Shown here one piece after another: positions 10,032 through 20,136 of a stretch of DNA of 64,000 bases. The position numbers and the translations under genes were made by a program. Source of the DNA: a virus (Duplodnaviria; Caudoviricetes); the IMG/VR virus record IMGVR_UViG_3300024581_002364, positions 4,870-68,869 of that record; one strand, written 5' to 3'. Position 1 is the stretch's first letter; each line of letters starts with the position of its first letter. A model generated the notes under the pieces. That model made no database searches. It was given only the letters and a program-made list of their open reading frames with translations, and was not told the origin of the DNA.

Positions 10032-10586
10032 TTACAGCATGCTGTAGTCACCAGTAGCTTGTCCTGTTGCACCTCGATAAGCTTGTTGAGCAATACCTGG
10101 CGTACCTAGAACAAGATCATCAAGATAACGATTACGACGACGAGCAGGTTCTGTAATCATGCGTGGTAGTTCTTTAAGTGCAAAGCCAACCAAGTTAGAT
10201 TGCCAACCTAACTTTTGTTGTTCTTTAGCACGGCGTAACATCATCTCTTCATACCACTTTCGATCTTCCATATCATAACGACGTTGGCGATCACTACTAT
10301 CACCTATCTGTGTACTATAAATCGCTGCTGCTTGTGCTTCAGGAGACAATGATTGAAATGTAGGGTTTTCGAGCAGTCCCTGGAATCCAGATAAAGGAGG
10401 CATCATTGAACTACCTACAGGAGGCATGGTTGTCATACCAGCCTCTGCGCCTGCGTTAACAGTATTCCGATACATCTGCGCTAACGCACTCTGGTTCTGT
10501 GTGCCACGAAAACCACCGGCTAAAGCAGGATCTGTATATCCAGTTAAACCAGGGGTGGTTAAAGAAAAACCTTGTGGAATTGCCAT
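10032..10586 (-). CDS. Probable internal virion protein
   Basis: 184 aa, Gln/Gly/Met-rich. Confidence 0.55.
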   Translation of the reverse strand: MAIPQGFSLTTPGLTGYTDPALAGGFRGTQNQSALAQMYRNTVNAGAEAGMTTMPPVGSSMMPPLSGFQGLLENPTFQSLSPEAQAAAIYSTQIGDSSDRQRRYDMEDRKWYEEMMLRRAKEQQKLGWQSNLVGFALKELPRMITEPARRRNRYLDDLVLGTPGIAQQAYRGATGQATGDYSML

Positions 10587-10588
10587 GA

Positions 10589-11518
10589 TCAGAAGCTAAT
10601 ATTAGGTGCTTGAAGAACAGAACCGGCATAAGGGTTAGCTTGCATTGCAGTACGGAGATTAGCTCCGGACTCACGCACTTGTTGTTTTGCCATATCAGCA
10701 GCAGTAGCAACAACACCCATCGCCATATAGTTTTGAGCGTTAGAAGCATTTAATGCTTGTTGGCGAACCAGTTGGGCATTCTGCAGTTGATTAATTAGAG
10801 GAATTTGTTTTTGAAATTCTTCAAGCCTTGTATTCATTGCATTCTGCTGTAGATCATTAATAGCTGCCGTATAGGTATTCATCTGACCACCTTGAACGAT
10901 GGCTTGAACATCAGCTAAAGTCTCAGCATCTTTAATACTGCGTGTACGAGCTGCGCCTCGACTCTGACCTTTACCAGTAATCCTACCTGCTCCTTCTTCT
11001 GCTACTTGACCTAAACCACCTGCAAGAAGACCGCCAACTGCCATCACACCTGCTTTAGCCAAAGGATTCTTCACTTTGCTAGCAATGCCTGCACTAGCAG
11101 CTAAGCCACCACCAGTTGCTGCAAGATTTGCTAAACCACCTGGAGCATTGCCCTCTTGCAGTTCTTGAATTCCACTTTGAAGAGCGCCAGTAGCAAGAAC
11201 AGTTGCACCACCAAGAAGTGCACCACGGCTCATCAACAAGTTACGACTCTTTTGTTGAGCTTGTGTAAGTTTTTGAGGTTCACTAGTAAGTATATTCAGA
11301 TTGTTTTGAGCCTTTGCCTTAAAACGCTCAAGCATGTTGGCTTGCGGATCAATCTGTGCCGTAGAGCTAGTAGCTGGAGTGCCACCACGAGGAGCAGGAT
11401 CACCCACTCCGCCGAGATTACCTGCTGCCCCAGGAATGCCGCCTGCATAAGAGTACATCTCCTTCGAAGCTACTCCACCTAAGTTAGTTGTAGCGTAAGG
11501 ATCGTAGAAAGAGTACAT
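10589..11518 (-). CDS. Probable ejection/DNA pilot-like protein
   Basis: 309 aa, Gly/Ala-rich hydrophobic helices plus a Gln-rich coiled coil. Confidence 0.55.
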   Translation of the reverse strand: MYSFYDPYATTNLGGVASKEMYSYAGGIPGAAGNLGGVGDPAPRGGTPATSSTAQIDPQANMLERFKAKAQNNLNILTSEPQKLTQAQQKSRNLLMSRGALLGGATVLATGALQSGIQELQEGNAPGGLANLAATGGGLAASAGIASKVKNPLAKAGVMAVGGLLAGGLGQVAEEGAGRITGKGQSRGAARTRSIKDAETLADVQAIVQGGQMNTYTAAINDLQQNAMNTRLEEFQKQIPLINQLQNAQLVRQQALNASNAQNYMAMGVVATAADMAKQQVRESGANLRTAMQANPYAGSVLQAPNISF

Positions 11519-11565
11519 ATCCTTAAAATTCTTGTATTACCTTTTTAAATTCTATCTCAACTAAC

Positions 11566-12510
11566 TCATTGATTTAACTGCATCAACTGTTGTTGTCCAG
11601 TTACTCCATATTCTTGAGTAGTTGGTAAATCTGACTGGCCTGCAGCAGCAATCATTCGGTTGGCAAACTTACCTGCTAACGCACCAGCCAATGCACCCGC
11701 TGCACTAGCACCTGCAACAGTTCGGGCTTTAACGCGAGGTTGTTTTTTACTAGCTTGACCCATTACTGCACGGGCTGTGCCAGCACCACCAACTAATGCA
11801 CCTGCAGCTTGAAGACCAACAGGGAAACCAACAATACGAACTTCTGGCTCACCTTGTAAGTTCTCCATTGTCCCCTTAATTACACCAACACCAAGGGGAC
11901 CTTTCTCGTTATAAAGAAAGTTCATATAGTTGGAATAACGTTGTTTTGTTAAATCAGGAATATCTTCTTTAGCAGTCTCAAATTTTAATGGGCGACCCTG
12001 GCGTCCAAGAACAAAACGATCAACCAACTCAGGACCAACCTGACCGGTCTCACGGCGATCTTCTGATCCAGTCTCTGCATAAGATTGAGAAAAACCTTTA
12101 GGTCTTCCAAGTTCAGCAAGATTAGTAATATCGTATGTACCAAGTGATGCGCTAACTGGTACACCGACTGCAGCTAATCCAATCGCTGCTTTTTGCGGAA
12201 GAGAATATCGTTTAATATCTTCTCCCATTACACCTTCAGCTACTTTCTCTGAAATAGCCATGGGATGGTTATATCTCCAATACTTTTGACGTGTAGCATC
12301 AGTGCCTACGTCTGTTAAAACACGAGCACCAAGTGCGCCAGCTAACTGTAATGGTGTAGAAGCGGTAATACCTTTTTCACCAAGTTGTTTATAAAATTCC
12401 CGTCCTTGCTTAGTGGGAAGCATTGTATGCCCATAGTCGCCATACTTTGCTTGCTGACCAGTCAGAATTCCGGTTCCGATTTCATATCCTTTTTTAAGTC
12501 CAGCTAACAT
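11566..12510 (-). CDS. Probable virion protein with Gly/Ala hydrophobic helices
   Basis: 314-aa ORF in the co-oriented cluster. Confidence 0.55.
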   Translation of the reverse strand: MLAGLKKGYEIGTGILTGQQAKYGDYGHTMLPTKQGREFYKQLGEKGITASTPLQLAGALGARVLTDVGTDATRQKYWRYNHPMAISEKVAEGVMGEDIKRYSLPQKAAIGLAAVGVPVSASLGTYDITNLAELGRPKGFSQSYAETGSEDRRETGQVGPELVDRFVLGRQGRPLKFETAKEDIPDLTKQRYSNYMNFLYNEKGPLGVGVIKGTMENLQGEPEVRIVGFPVGLQAAGALVGGAGTARAVMGQASKKQPRVKARTVAGASAAGALAGALAGKFANRMIAAAGQSDLPTTQEYGVTGQQQLMQLNQ

Positions 12511-12512
12511 AA

Positions 12513-13130
12513 TTAGAGACCTAACATTTGATAAGCAGCAGCTTCCATATTCGGATCATTTACAGGTCCAGCCCCGATATCAGTTAAATACTGTTGAAGC
12601 ATTGCACTTTGAGTCGGACCTGCAGCTTCTTGGAAATTAGTAAAAGGCATGTAAGCACCAGCTAATTGTTGCATAGGTGTATTATTTACAACTGAACGTT
12701 GTAATTGTTGTTGTGTAATTTGACTAGGTTGAGCACCTTGAATACCTTGCTCTGCACCTAATAATGCTGTTACTGGAATAGTAGAGGCAACTGATGCAGC
12801 AATATTTACAGGCATTTCTAATTTAGAACGAATAGGTTCTTTTGTTTTGATTTGTTTACCATCTTTACCTGTCCTAATAACAGTTTGAGTTCCTTTTGGC
12901 CGAAATCTACGTACTAAACCAAGACTTCCTGCAGAAGCTAAAGCATCAGCACCACCATAAGCCAAAGCAGCTAATGGATCTACACCACCCATCATGCTAA
13001 GTCCAGTATTTAAGCCACCACTAATTAAAGCGTCGGTGGCAATACTCTTTAATCCTTGATGTCCACCAAGTTTTTCAAGGGCTTTAGGGCCTAATAACCT
13101 ACCTGCTAATTTAATTACTCCTGTTCCCAT
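12513..13130 (-). CDS. Probable virion protein with Gly/Ala hydrophobic helices
   Basis: 205-aa ORF in the co-oriented cluster. Confidence 0.55.
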   Translation of the reverse strand: MGTGVIKLAGRLLGPKALEKLGGHQGLKSIATDALISGGLNTGLSMMGGVDPLAALAYGGADALASAGSLGLVRRFRPKGTQTVIRTGKDGKQIKTKEPIRSKLEMPVNIAASVASTIPVTALLGAEQGIQGAQPSQITQQQLQRSVVNNTPMQQLAGAYMPFTNFQEAAGPTQSAMLQQYLTDIGAGPVNDPNMEAAAYQMLGL

Positions 13131-13154
13131 GACGACCCTAGTAGTCTTTTTATT

Positions 13155-13715
13155 TTAAGTCTGCTTATCTTTCTCCCCTGCGCTAAGTAAACCTTCTTCC
13201 TTACCACCTAATAGTTCAGCAACAGTAAAATTATCTGTCATTTGAGCTTCTACTTCAGCTTGAACTTTTGTTTGAATAATACCTAGTGGATCAGGATTGC
13301 TAGCCCTAGGCATTGGATTTGTAGAAGGATCTGCCACTGTCGGACTTGCGTTATATAGTTCTCCCCAGATTGGTTTATATTCTGGATATTGTTTAAAATT
13401 AGTTTGTGTATTTGGCCTGCCCTCAGCAAAATTATATAAATCTTTTTTATTACTATCAAATCTAGGCAATCCAGTAAACAATTTAAATTCCTCTGGACTG
13501 TCATTAACAAAATTAAGCCGTGGGTTTAATATCGGCTTTTTAGTTTGAATTTTACGTCTTAAATCAGACGCATCAAAACGGTTAACAGTAAAGGGCGGCT
13601 GCGTTGATGATTTCTTAAACGATTCACCGTAATCAACTTTTTTATTACGATAAAAACGTTTTTGAATATCATCAATATATTCTTCGGGATCTGTTAGACG
13701 ACTATCAAAAGGCAT
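13155..13715 (-). CDS. Hypothetical protein
   Basis: 186-aa ORF; start codon overlaps the upstream stop. Confidence 0.6.
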   Translation of the reverse strand: MPFDSRLTDPEEYIDDIQKRFYRNKKVDYGESFKKSSTQPPFTVNRFDASDLRRKIQTKKPILNPRLNFVNDSPEEFKLFTGLPRFDSNKKDLYNFAEGRPNTQTNFKQYPEYKPIWGELYNASPTVADPSTNPMPRASNPDPLGIIQTKVQAEVEAQMTDNFTVAELLGGKEEGLLSAGEKDKQT

Positions 13716-13936
13716 TAGTCTTTCTTAGTTTTTTTCTTCTTATTTAATTTTACTAAAGTCTCACGAAGCTGTGCTTGCTTCCGAGTCTTCTCATCATATT
13801 TTTCTGGATTTTTTTCTACATTAGCTTGAAGTTGTGCTGATGTAATACCACGCTTTTTAGCCTTTGCTGTAAAAGCTCCTTCTTTAATATCAGCTTTTTG
13901 AATCCACTTTTTATCTTTATGTTCAGACATAATCAA
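13715..13936 (-). CDS. Small basic protein
   Basis: KKWIQKADIKEGAFTAKAKK...RKQAQLRETLVKL; Lys-rich. Confidence 0.6.
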   Translation of the reverse strand: MIMSEHKDKKWIQKADIKEGAFTAKAKKRGITSAQLQANVEKNPEKYDEKTRKQAQLRETLVKLNKKKKTKKD

Positions 13937-15807
13937 ACTCCGAATCCCATTGCACGAAGAATAGCTTGAGGGTCACGTCGATCACCCTCGATTCTAGCTC
14001 TTCTTATCGCTTCAGAAGCTTTAAGTGGGTCTTGACTGCGTTGAGGTTTAGACCGTATAAACAATGATTCTTCCGGAGGGGGCATCGGAACATCACCTTC
14101 TGGAGCTGCAACTGATTGACGTAAACCTTCTTCTACAACACTGGATTGTGGAATCTGAGAAGGACGCAATCCTGCACTGATTTCTTCATTAGGAGTTTGA
14201 ATTCCATAAATTGTTTTCTTTGCTTGAACAGTACGGTCATCTTGATATGCAGTTCTTTGATTACCTGCATCATCGTAATCACGCATCCTTACACCACGAG
14301 TTTGACGAACTACATCAGGCTCTCTTTGACCAGCTGTAAATTCTGCTGCACTCCTTCCTCCACCTTTTCCTCCTACCACATCAATCGCCTTACGGCCCGG
14401 ACGAATCTCTAAAGTTTCTTCTATAACGGTACCCTCTGGCGTCGTTTCATAAAACGCTCTAGAACCTTCAGATTGATCAATTAAAAACTGTTGAGGACCT
14501 AATTCATCTGCTGCTTTAATTTGACGACGTACTAAGTCACGTTCTGCAGCAGCATCATTAATATCTGCTTTAATATCTGATGTCTGAGGATCTGGCAGAT
14601 TCTCTAATTCAGTATTAACTGTCGCCAGCATTTTGCTATAGGCATCTTGATCAGGCGCTTCACGATCCATTGCTGAACGCAACATTAAATCGTCTTGTTC
14701 GAGCTGAGCACGGCGACCTGCAACAAATGACTCTAAATTCTGTTGCTCTACACCTAATTCTGAAATGCGATTTGTTAAATCAATATCTTTATCTTCTAAG
14801 TCAGCTTTAAATTCTCCGAACGGCGCTTTACGGAATAATTTACCGGTCTCTACACCGCTTTCGGGCATATCACTTGCTTTCTGGCTACCAACGGGGCTAT
14901 CAGTCCCTGGTAAGGCTGAGCGAGGCTCGACTTTCAGAGGTGAAGAAGGCATTTCAGAAAATCTTTGCAATACAGCGGGATCACCAGTACTTGCATAAAG
15001 TTCTGCAGCTTCTGCCATTGCAGGGTCTGCTGCCAAACTCCGTTCAACCCGCGTCGGAGATAATCCTTTGCTCTGAAGCTGCTCACGTTTGTTATTTAAA
15101 AATGACTGCGCTAACCCAAGGTCAACATCTTCATTTCTTTGCAAGGAACGCTCAATTGGTGCAGCGGCTTGATCAGCTGCAGTATTAAGAGCATCAATAT
15201 TTTGATTAACAACTAATGGCTCTTTTGATTCTTGAATATCAACTAATGTTGTTGGTTGTTTGCCCGTTACTTTGGCAACAGTCTGATCACGTAACTCTTC
15301 TGCCCGAAGCGAACGGCCACCACCACGGCGATACACTTCACCCGTGTTGGGATCAGTGACAAGCATTGATTCTTCTACTGCACCTTGCGGACGAGAAACT
15401 TGAGGCAGCTCTGATTCAGGTTTTGTCGCTACATTTTTATAAACTTCAGTTCTAGAAAGGGGAACTTTAGGAATTGATTCCGGATCAACCTTAGATACAC
15501 GCTGTACTGTCGGGATATCAGAAAGATCGACCTGTTGTACACCACGTTTTTTAGTTTGAGACGCAGCTGTCATGCGTGGATCCTTTCCACGGCCCCGTAA
15601 TTTCATGGCAGCCGCACCAATACCGGCCAATGCACCCGCACCAAGGGCAATTTTGCCTGCAGTTTCTAATCCTGATGGCGCTTTAAGTTGATTTTCCCTA
15701 AAATCACGGACTTCACCATACATTTCCGCCCTTTCTTCTTCGGATTGCGGGTATGGACGCCCCATTTGGCGGCTATAGGCTGCATAATCTGCTGGTGAGA
15801 GCATCAT
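13933..15807 (-). CDS. Large acidic, largely disordered protein (probable internal virion protein)
   Basis: 624 aa, first gene of the leftward structural cluster. Confidence 0.6.
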   Translation of the reverse strand: MMLSPADYAAYSRQMGRPYPQSEEERAEMYGEVRDFRENQLKAPSGLETAGKIALGAGALAGIGAAAMKLRGRGKDPRMTAASQTKKRGVQQVDLSDIPTVQRVSKVDPESIPKVPLSRTEVYKNVATKPESELPQVSRPQGAVEESMLVTDPNTGEVYRRGGGRSLRAEELRDQTVAKVTGKQPTTLVDIQESKEPLVVNQNIDALNTAADQAAAPIERSLQRNEDVDLGLAQSFLNNKREQLQSKGLSPTRVERSLAADPAMAEAAELYASTGDPAVLQRFSEMPSSPLKVEPRSALPGTDSPVGSQKASDMPESGVETGKLFRKAPFGEFKADLEDKDIDLTNRISELGVEQQNLESFVAGRRAQLEQDDLMLRSAMDREAPDQDAYSKMLATVNTELENLPDPQTSDIKADINDAAAERDLVRRQIKAADELGPQQFLIDQSEGSRAFYETTPEGTVIEETLEIRPGRKAIDVVGGKGGGRSAAEFTAGQREPDVVRQTRGVRMRDYDDAGNQRTAYQDDRTVQAKKTIYGIQTPNEEISAGLRPSQIPQSSVVEEGLRQSVAAPEGDVPMPPPEESLFIRSKPQRSQDPLKASEAIRRARIEGDRRDPQAILRAMGFGV

Positions 15808-15902
15808 TACTTTTATATTTGCGTATTTATTAGATATTTATATTTTACTGCTTAAAATTTCAGTGATATAAACTAAATAAATAGGAAAAGCCCAAAAAGT
15901 TC

Positions 15903-16169
15903 ATGCTGCCGGACCTTAATCCAATTGAAAAGCAAGAACGAGCCGTAGCATTACTTGCTATTGCTGATGAAGCTGAGAACAAAATTAAAAAAGGTGATGA
16001 TCCTTTAGAGGTTCAAACTTTTATTGGCGGCGCTCGCCGTGAATTGGCTCGCAAACTTCCCGATGTAAAAAGGATGGGCGAAGCAAGTTTGGCCGCAAAA
16101 CGTTATAAGGAAGAAGCACAAAAACAAGGTGGTGGATTTGGTGAATTCGTACAACCTAACCTTGCGTGA
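15903..16169 (+). CDS. Hypothetical protein
   Basis: 88 aa, followed by an intrinsic terminator. Confidence 0.6.
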   Translation: MLPDLNPIEKQERAVALLAIADEAENKIKKGDDPLEVQTFIGGARRELARKLPDVKRMGEASLAAKRYKEEAQKQGGGFGEFVQPNLA

Positions 16170-16192
16170 TTTGGGTTAAAAATTTGGGGTAA

Positions 16193-16216
16193 GTCCGGAT
16201 TTTCCGGACATTTTTT
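16193..16216 (+). terminator. Rho-independent terminator
   Basis: GTCCGGA-TTT-TCCGGAC then A and a T-run. Confidence 0.75.
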
Positions 16217-16607
16217 ATGTTATAAATTTTTTTAGACTTTGTAATATCGAATTTTTAAATTTGGGCTACCAGGGGTGGTGTAATACAAATTTTTTGCATC
16301 TCCGAAGTCGGCCCTAAGAACCTCAAATTGGGTTAAAAATTACCTGACACGTCTCACACACGTGTTCCGACTGGGAATGTGTATAGAAAAAAAATAAATG
16401 TCGGTTATTGCCGGTAGAAAGTAAGAATAGTTCTCATCATTAAGTTTTAAGGAGGAACTTCGTTTGAATTTACTAACAATTTTTGTTAAATTCAACAGAA
16501 AGTGTGTTAATCTTTATTATTTTTTAACAAATTAGCTGTCGTTTCCCGCGCAAATTACCATAAGATCCCTCCGCTCTCTTCTTTCAGATAATACTGTTAG
16601 AAGTAAT

Positions 16608-16634
16608 AGACCTAAGTAAGTCTTTAAACTGCTT
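16608..16634 (+). ncRNA. Leader H-type pseudoknot, family P copy 1
   Basis: AGAC-CUAAGUAA-GUCU-UUAAAC-UGCUU; loop AAGUA pairs with UGCUU. Confidence 0.65.
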
Positions 16635-17115
16635 TTGTTCTTTTTATTTTATCAAATCAAATGAACACAATTGCTTTCGTCACTGACAATTTCTACTTCG
16701 AGTTTGTTATCAACTCGGAGGAAGATATTGCGTACGTTACCAAGCGTGCGTTTCAAACTTCTGATGTTGACTTCAATGATCAGTGCACGTCGATGTCAAT
16801 CGAACGTGCCCGTAAGTATTACGCATCATTGATTGATTGATTGATCCGTCAAAGCGGGTCCGGAGGTGCAAACCCTCCGGCAGTTATTACCCCCAGCGGA
16901 GATGGGTACCGCACACTCGGAGCGACTGACGTGTTCTTCGTCATCCTCAACGGTCAACAACACAGCGCACACTTCTCCAAAGAGGAAGCCGACTTGGTTG
17001 CGTTTGATCTCTCGGTCGAACATAACTACAACTTCGGTCATCCTTTAGAAGAGTCCGCAGAGATATCTGTCTTCTCCTTTACGGAGATGATGGAGTCTCC
17101 GGTTGAGATGGTCCT

Positions 17116-17178
17116 TTGAGACCAGGCGTGATGCCGGGGGTCAAACCCCCTCTCAATTATTGCCACAATCCAGTGGCA
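17116..17178 (+). ncRNA. tRNA-elbow-like element plus UGCCAC/GUGGCA hairpin, copy 1
   Basis: UUGAGA/UCUCAA stem enclosing a GGC/GCC hairpin and GGGG-GUCAAAC-CCCC; then UGCCAC-AAUCCA-GUGGCA. Confidence 0.45.
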
Positions 17179-17585
17179 TTTATTTCATTTCATCATGTTT
17201 AAGAAACTTCTTGCTGATCCACGCTGTGTCTTTATTGGTGTAATGGGTTTAGCTTTAGGAACAATAGCTGTTGGAGTTACCACTCCTGCATTTATTGAAG
17301 GGGCAACCAGGAAACAGTGCCTTAACCGTGACTGGCCTGCTGAAAAGCATCTAGCTCACATGGCATTCTGTGAATACCATAAGTACCCCACTTCCTTAAA
17401 CCATTCCACCCTTTCCAACTGAACGATGACAGCACTCAACATCCGCAAGAACCTTGCCGGTCTTCTCTATCTCACTGCAGATACTATCGTCAAGGCCAAA
17501 GCACCCAAGGTGCCAACCAAAGGCCAGGTGAAGTATCAAGTTGATGATCTTCGTCGGAAGATTGCCAACAAGATCAATCCTGACA

Positions 17586-17648
17586 ACTGACAGCTGGTGC
17601 ATAGCCGGGTTCAATTCCCGGCGTCAGTCTTGCCACAATACCGTGGCA
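17586..17648 (+). ncRNA. tRNA-elbow-like element plus UGCCAC/GUGGCA hairpin, copy 2
   Basis: ACUGAC/GUCAGU stem, D-loop-like AGCUGGU, T-arm GCCGGG-UUCAAUU-CCCGGC; then UGCCAC-AAUACC-GUGGCA. Confidence 0.55.
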
Positions 17649-17906
17649 TTTATTGCATTACACCTCATGGCTACCAACAAAGAGAAGTCGATTGCCCTTG
17701 GTGCAGCATGTACTGCATTGGGTGCCATCATCTTTCCACCAACTGCTATTTTAGGTGCAATTTTAATTGCAAGGGAGGCACTATCAGACCACCCTTACGA
17801 ACAAGATGATAAGAAATCTAGTTCTTATCACAAACCCTTGGAGTACCAACCACCTGACATCAGCAACCCTAGGTTCTGAGTCTTCAGACAAGATACCAGA
17901 CACTTC

Positions 17907-18019
17907 TGTCTGGCTATGTCTGGCTATGTCTGGCTATGTCTGGCTATGTCTGGTTATGTCTGGCTATGTCTGGCTATGTCTGGCTATGTCTGGCTATGTC
18001 TAGTAACTTGTCTGGCTAT
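17907..18019. repeat. 10-bp tandem repeat (TGGCTATGTC)x9 plus degenerate flanks
   Basis: Nine units at 17911-18000, one variant TGGTTATGTC. Confidence 0.97.
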
Positions 18020-18049
18020 TACTCTTTACAAGTTCATTAGCCCAGGTAC

Positions 18050-18076
18050 CGTCCTGAGTATGACGTTAAACTGCTT
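18050..18076 (+). ncRNA. Leader H-type pseudoknot, family P copy 2
   Basis: CGUC-CUGAGUAU-GACG-UUAAAC-UGCUU; GAGUA pairs with UGCUU. Confidence 0.65.
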
Positions 18077-18531
18077 AATGTTTCCTTTAGATTCCCGACA
18101 TGCCAACCACTGTTGAGATTCAAACCGATGCCATTGCTAAAGCCCGTGACAAGAACTGGATGGTTCTAAGTGCAGGCACTGACTACACAGCAATTGTCAT
18201 CGCACACTGCCGTGACATGAACACCAACTGGTACAGAGAGATGGTGATTGTTGATGGTGTAGCTGAAACCATGACACATCAAAGTCCAGATACAGTCTGG
18301 AACGATGAAGAGATTGCCAAGAAGCTTGAGTGTTTCAAGCTGAATACCCATGGCAATGATTTCGTTACACCTGAGACTGACTGACCCCCCACCCCGTTTC
18401 CGTCAATGTCACTGCAGAGCTACAGGATCGGTAAGAACCAGTATGTGACCACTGACTTCTATAAAAGTCCAGGGTTGCGTAATCGGTTCTATCGTTTCAT
18501 TGCAAGGTTATTCCGTATTTAACCTTTCAAC

Positions 18532-18559
18532 AGACCTGAGTAAGTCTTTAAACTACTCA
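18532..18559 (+). ncRNA. Leader H-type pseudoknot, family P copy 3
   Basis: AGAC-CUGAGUAA-GUCU-UUUAAAC-UACUC; GAGUA pairs with UACUC. Confidence 0.65.
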
Positions 18560-18873
18560 CTGTTTTTTCATTTTATTAAATCACATGACTGTTCAAACAT
18601 TTGACGATGGTGGTTATGTTGTCACTGGTGACAGCATTCCCACGTATCGTCTCTTGACATTACGCACAGCTCTCAAACTGGAAACCAAGGGATTGCGTAT
18701 GTCATCTCATCGCCCTAGTGCATATTCAATCATTAAGAAAGAGTTTGGTCTAAAAGGTTCCAAGACTAAGGTCTTGGCTGCTTTTGAATCAATGCTTGTC
18801 AATGATTACGGCATACCTTTGACAGGCTTTACACCCTCTGAGCCTACGGTATAACTACCTTGTCCCCATCACA

Positions 18874-18905
18874 AGCTGGGCAGCAACAATGCGTAAGTCC
18901 CAGCT
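18874..18905 (+). ncRNA. Leader hairpin with GUAAG internal loop, family H copy 1
   Basis: AGCUGGG-CAGCA-ACAA-UGCGUAAGU-CCCAGCU. Confidence 0.65.
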
Positions 18906-19167
18906 TTCTTCACCTCATTTCATTTAGTACAACATCATGTCTACCATGTCTGAACTCCATCGCCTAATGCAAGAAATGAAGCAGGATGATCTTGACATCC
19001 TCGCTGATATTGCCTACGAACAAGAACAAGCCATGCGCGAAGCCATGGACGAACCACCAATCGAGGTATCAAATGACTCATCAACAAAGTAATCACACTG
19101 AAGTAATTACAGAGATCATTGCTTTGATCTCTGTTGTTATTACAGTTCTCATTACCAACATCATCCA

Positions 19168-19539
19168 ATGTCTTCAACCCTCAAGTACTACACCGAGCGT
19201 TATCCGGTTACAGGCGCAGCAAGATATTGGATTGACCGATACAACTGGTCCAAAACCTTTGATGGTTGTGACCCAGAAACAATCCAAATCCACAACATCT
19301 GGCAAAACTACGGCGGGCCAGAAGAAGGTGGTTGGTGGTACGAAGTCGGTCAAGCAATCTCCACGCATTTCATCTTCTCCAAGAAGCAATGTATCCGAAG
19401 ATGCATTGAACTCACCCAGCAGTACCAGCTTGATAACCAGCCTTCCATTACAGATTCACGAGGTCTCACCGCCGTTCATGCCACACTCGGAACAGGATTT
19501 GCCATGGACTATCCCACCGAGCGGCCTTACTATTGCTAG
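19168..19539 (+). CDS. Phage hypothetical protein with YGGPEEGGWWY motif
   Basis: Motif seen in the translation; I recognise it from other phage early regions. Confidence 0.65.
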   Translation: MSSTLKYYTERYPVTGAARYWIDRYNWSKTFDGCDPETIQIHNIWQNYGGPEEGGWWYEVGQAISTHFIFSKKQCIRRCIELTQQYQLDNQPSITDSRGLTAVHATLGTGFAMDYPTERPYYC

Positions 19540-19554
19540 GTCATGAACTACATA

Positions 19555-19586
19555 CCCTGGGCAGCTATGATGCGTAAGTCCCAGGG
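19555..19586 (+). ncRNA. Leader hairpin, family H copy 2
   Basis: CCCUGGG-CAGC-UAUGAU-GCGUAAGU-CCCAGGG. Confidence 0.65.
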
Positions 19587-20136
19587 TTTTCCATAGCAAG
19601 TCCTTCGTTATTCAACTACGTATCAAATCAAATCATGGACACAGTCAATGACATCTACGGTCCTTACTACCAAGAGAAGGGCCGAGAAATACCACGCAAG
19701 TCTTCACTCTCACCTGAAGCAGCAAAGCTGTGGCGTCAGATGGAACAAGCAGCTCATGCTTATGTCTATCAAGACGCACCATTGTGTGACCTTGATCAAG
19801 CAGTTGACGAGCTGATAGCCCACCCAGGCTGCAGCTGGCAACGCAACACAATTGAATACTGGATCCGCCAGCATTACTACAAATAACCACACTGATTTAT
19901 TAGTAAAACTTATTACTCAACCCATGTCTAATCTTCAAATTCCTGACAACATCCCTGATGCTGACAAGCTTAGGGCCATGGCACTCGTTGCAAAAATGCA
20001 GGATGCAGCTAACAAATGCGGTGCTCAATTCATCGGTGGATTCATTGCACCAGATGGCACCAAATACATTGCATCCAACATGGATGAAGATGATCCGAAC
20101 TACATCATCCCTGACAACCTTATGGATTGATCAACC

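Noticed and set aside
17907-18019. CRISPR array
   Set aside because: Contiguous 10-bp units with no spacers, and no cas genes.
17767-18116. ORFs with SGYVWLCLAM repeats
   Set aside because: They are translations of the 10-bp tandem repeat; no start context, and they overlap a structured leader.
18986-19546. 186-aa Ser/Thr-rich ORF
   Set aside because: Alternative frame across two better-supported ORFs (18937-19092, 19168-19539); no motif.
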